Positions 63,128 to 64,000 of a stretch of DNA of 64,000 bases are shown here, piece after piece. The translations under genes and the position numbers were made by a program. Source of the DNA: an uncultured delta proteobacterium (lineage in GTDB: Bacteria > Myxococcota_A > Polyangia > Palsa-1104); assembly GCA_963785725.1 (NCBI GenBank), contig CAWAWS010000002.1:160001-224000 (forward strand). Direction: 5' to 3'. Each line of letters opens with the position of its first letter. Positions within the stretch are counted from its first letter, which is position 1. The notes below the pieces were generated by a model. It saw only the letters and a list, made by a program, of their open reading frames with translations, searched no databases and was not told where the DNA came from.

Positions 63128-63219
63128 AACGGCACAGCTGTTGGCATTTTCTGCGCAGTGGCTGCCCCTGTAATCATCGTCGCTAAAGTTCGTGAGCTGG
63201 CTACCGATGTTCAATGTGC

Positions 63220-64000
63220 ATGGGAAGTGGGAGCGCAGTGGCGGTGGCGGCCGTGGAGAGACAAAGCGTACTCATCATCGACGATCGTCGAGAGATGCGC
63301 GAAGAGCTGGCGCGCATGCTCGAAGAGCTCGGCTACACGCCGTTCTGCGCGGAGTCGCCGTTCGAGGGTGTGCGGCTGGCGCAGGAGATGCGACCGAGCC
63401 TCGTGCTCTGCGACGTCGTCATGCCGACGTGGGACGGCTTCAAAGTGGCGGCGCTCATCAAGTCGCAGGCGCGCTTCGTGCCCGTCATCATGCTGACGTC
63501 GCTCAACGACATCGACTCCAAGCGGCGTGGCCAAGCGGCCGGCGCCGATGATTTTCTGACCAAGCCGGTCTCGCCCATCGAGCTCAAGATTCGCATCGAG
63601 GCGATGCTGCGCATCAAGGCGTTGACCGATCAGCTGGAGGTCGCCAATCGGCGGCTGGCCGAGATGGCCGACACCGACGCGCTCACCAAGCTGTTCAACC
63701 GCCGCTACTTCGACAATTGGTACGCCACCGAGGTCGATCGCGCGCGTCGTTACGGCCGGCCGCTCGGCGTCGTCGCCATCGACGTCGACCACTTCAAGAA
63801 GGTCAACGACGTGCACGGCCACGGCGCCGGCGACGATGTCTTGCGCGCCGTCGCCGGCTGCATGCAGACGTCGGGCGTGCGTCGCGCCGATCGCTTGGTG
63901 CGGCTCGGCGGCGAGGAGTTTGCCGTCGTCGCCGTCGAGACGGAGCTGGAGGGCCTGTTGCAAATGGCCGAGCGGCTGCGTTCGGCGGTCGAAGCCTTGC
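63220..64000 (+). CDS. REC-GGDEF diguanylate cyclase (PleD/WspR-like), 3' truncated; missing from the ORF track
   Basis: Translated manually: VLIIDD, LCDVVMP, DDFLTKP, DALTKLFNRR, IDVDHFKKVNDVHGHGAGD, RRAD I-site and RLGGEEF at about 63901. Confidence 0.93.
   Translation, partial: MGSGSAVAVAAVERQSVLIIDDRREMREELARMLEELGYTPFCAESPFEGVRLAQEMRPSLVLCDVVMPTWDGFKVAALIKSQARFVPVIMLTSLNDIDSKRRGQAAGADDFLTKPVSPIELKIRIEAMLRIKALTDQLEVANRRLAEMADTDALTKLFNRRYFDNWYATEVDRARRYGRPLGVVAIDVDHFKKVNDVHGHGAGDDVLRAVAGCMQTSGVRRADRLVRLGGEEFAVVAVETELEGLLQMAERLRSAVEAL

Overview
GC-rich bacterial chromosomal window, most consistent with a Myxococcota genome (myxobacterial pilY1-pilV-pilW-fimU order, ACIII-caa3 supercluster, many lipoproteins; this assignment is inference). 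In order it holds: (1) the 3' end of a type IV minor-pilin/PilY1 cluster; (2) a 12-gene alternative complex III (actA-F plus an actG-like gene), SCO and caa3-type A2 cytochrome c oxidase operon; (3) mixed housekeeping and envelope genes, including a Spy-like/HtrA/FKBP/hydrolase run and an unusually short uvrA; (4) a TetR-TolC-HlyD-ABC exporter operon; (5) an ECF sigma/anti-sigma/DUF4097 operon; (6) M61 peptidase, PhzF, GNAT, membrane MutS-like, AtuA-like and glycosyltransferase-like genes; (7) an ion/metal region with orphan modA, an octaheme lipoprotein, a His-rich secreted peptide, ClC-CBS and czcCBA; (8) an OmpA pair, a PDZ surface protein and a truncated REC-GGDEF gene. I saw no rRNA, tRNA, CRISPR array or mobile element. 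The most notable unannotated signals are two small, very acidic ORFs each behind a near-identical sigma54 -24/-12 promoter, a duplicated 25-bp ECF-type promoter motif, a duplicated TetR operator, at least 8 apparently leaderless genes, a UvrA lacking its insertion domain, and a four-Cys insertion in CzcA. Nine frameshifts also occur, six of them at GATC, suggesting methylation-linked long-read errors rather than pseudogenes. I cannot establish a new multi-gene system with certainty from sequence alone.
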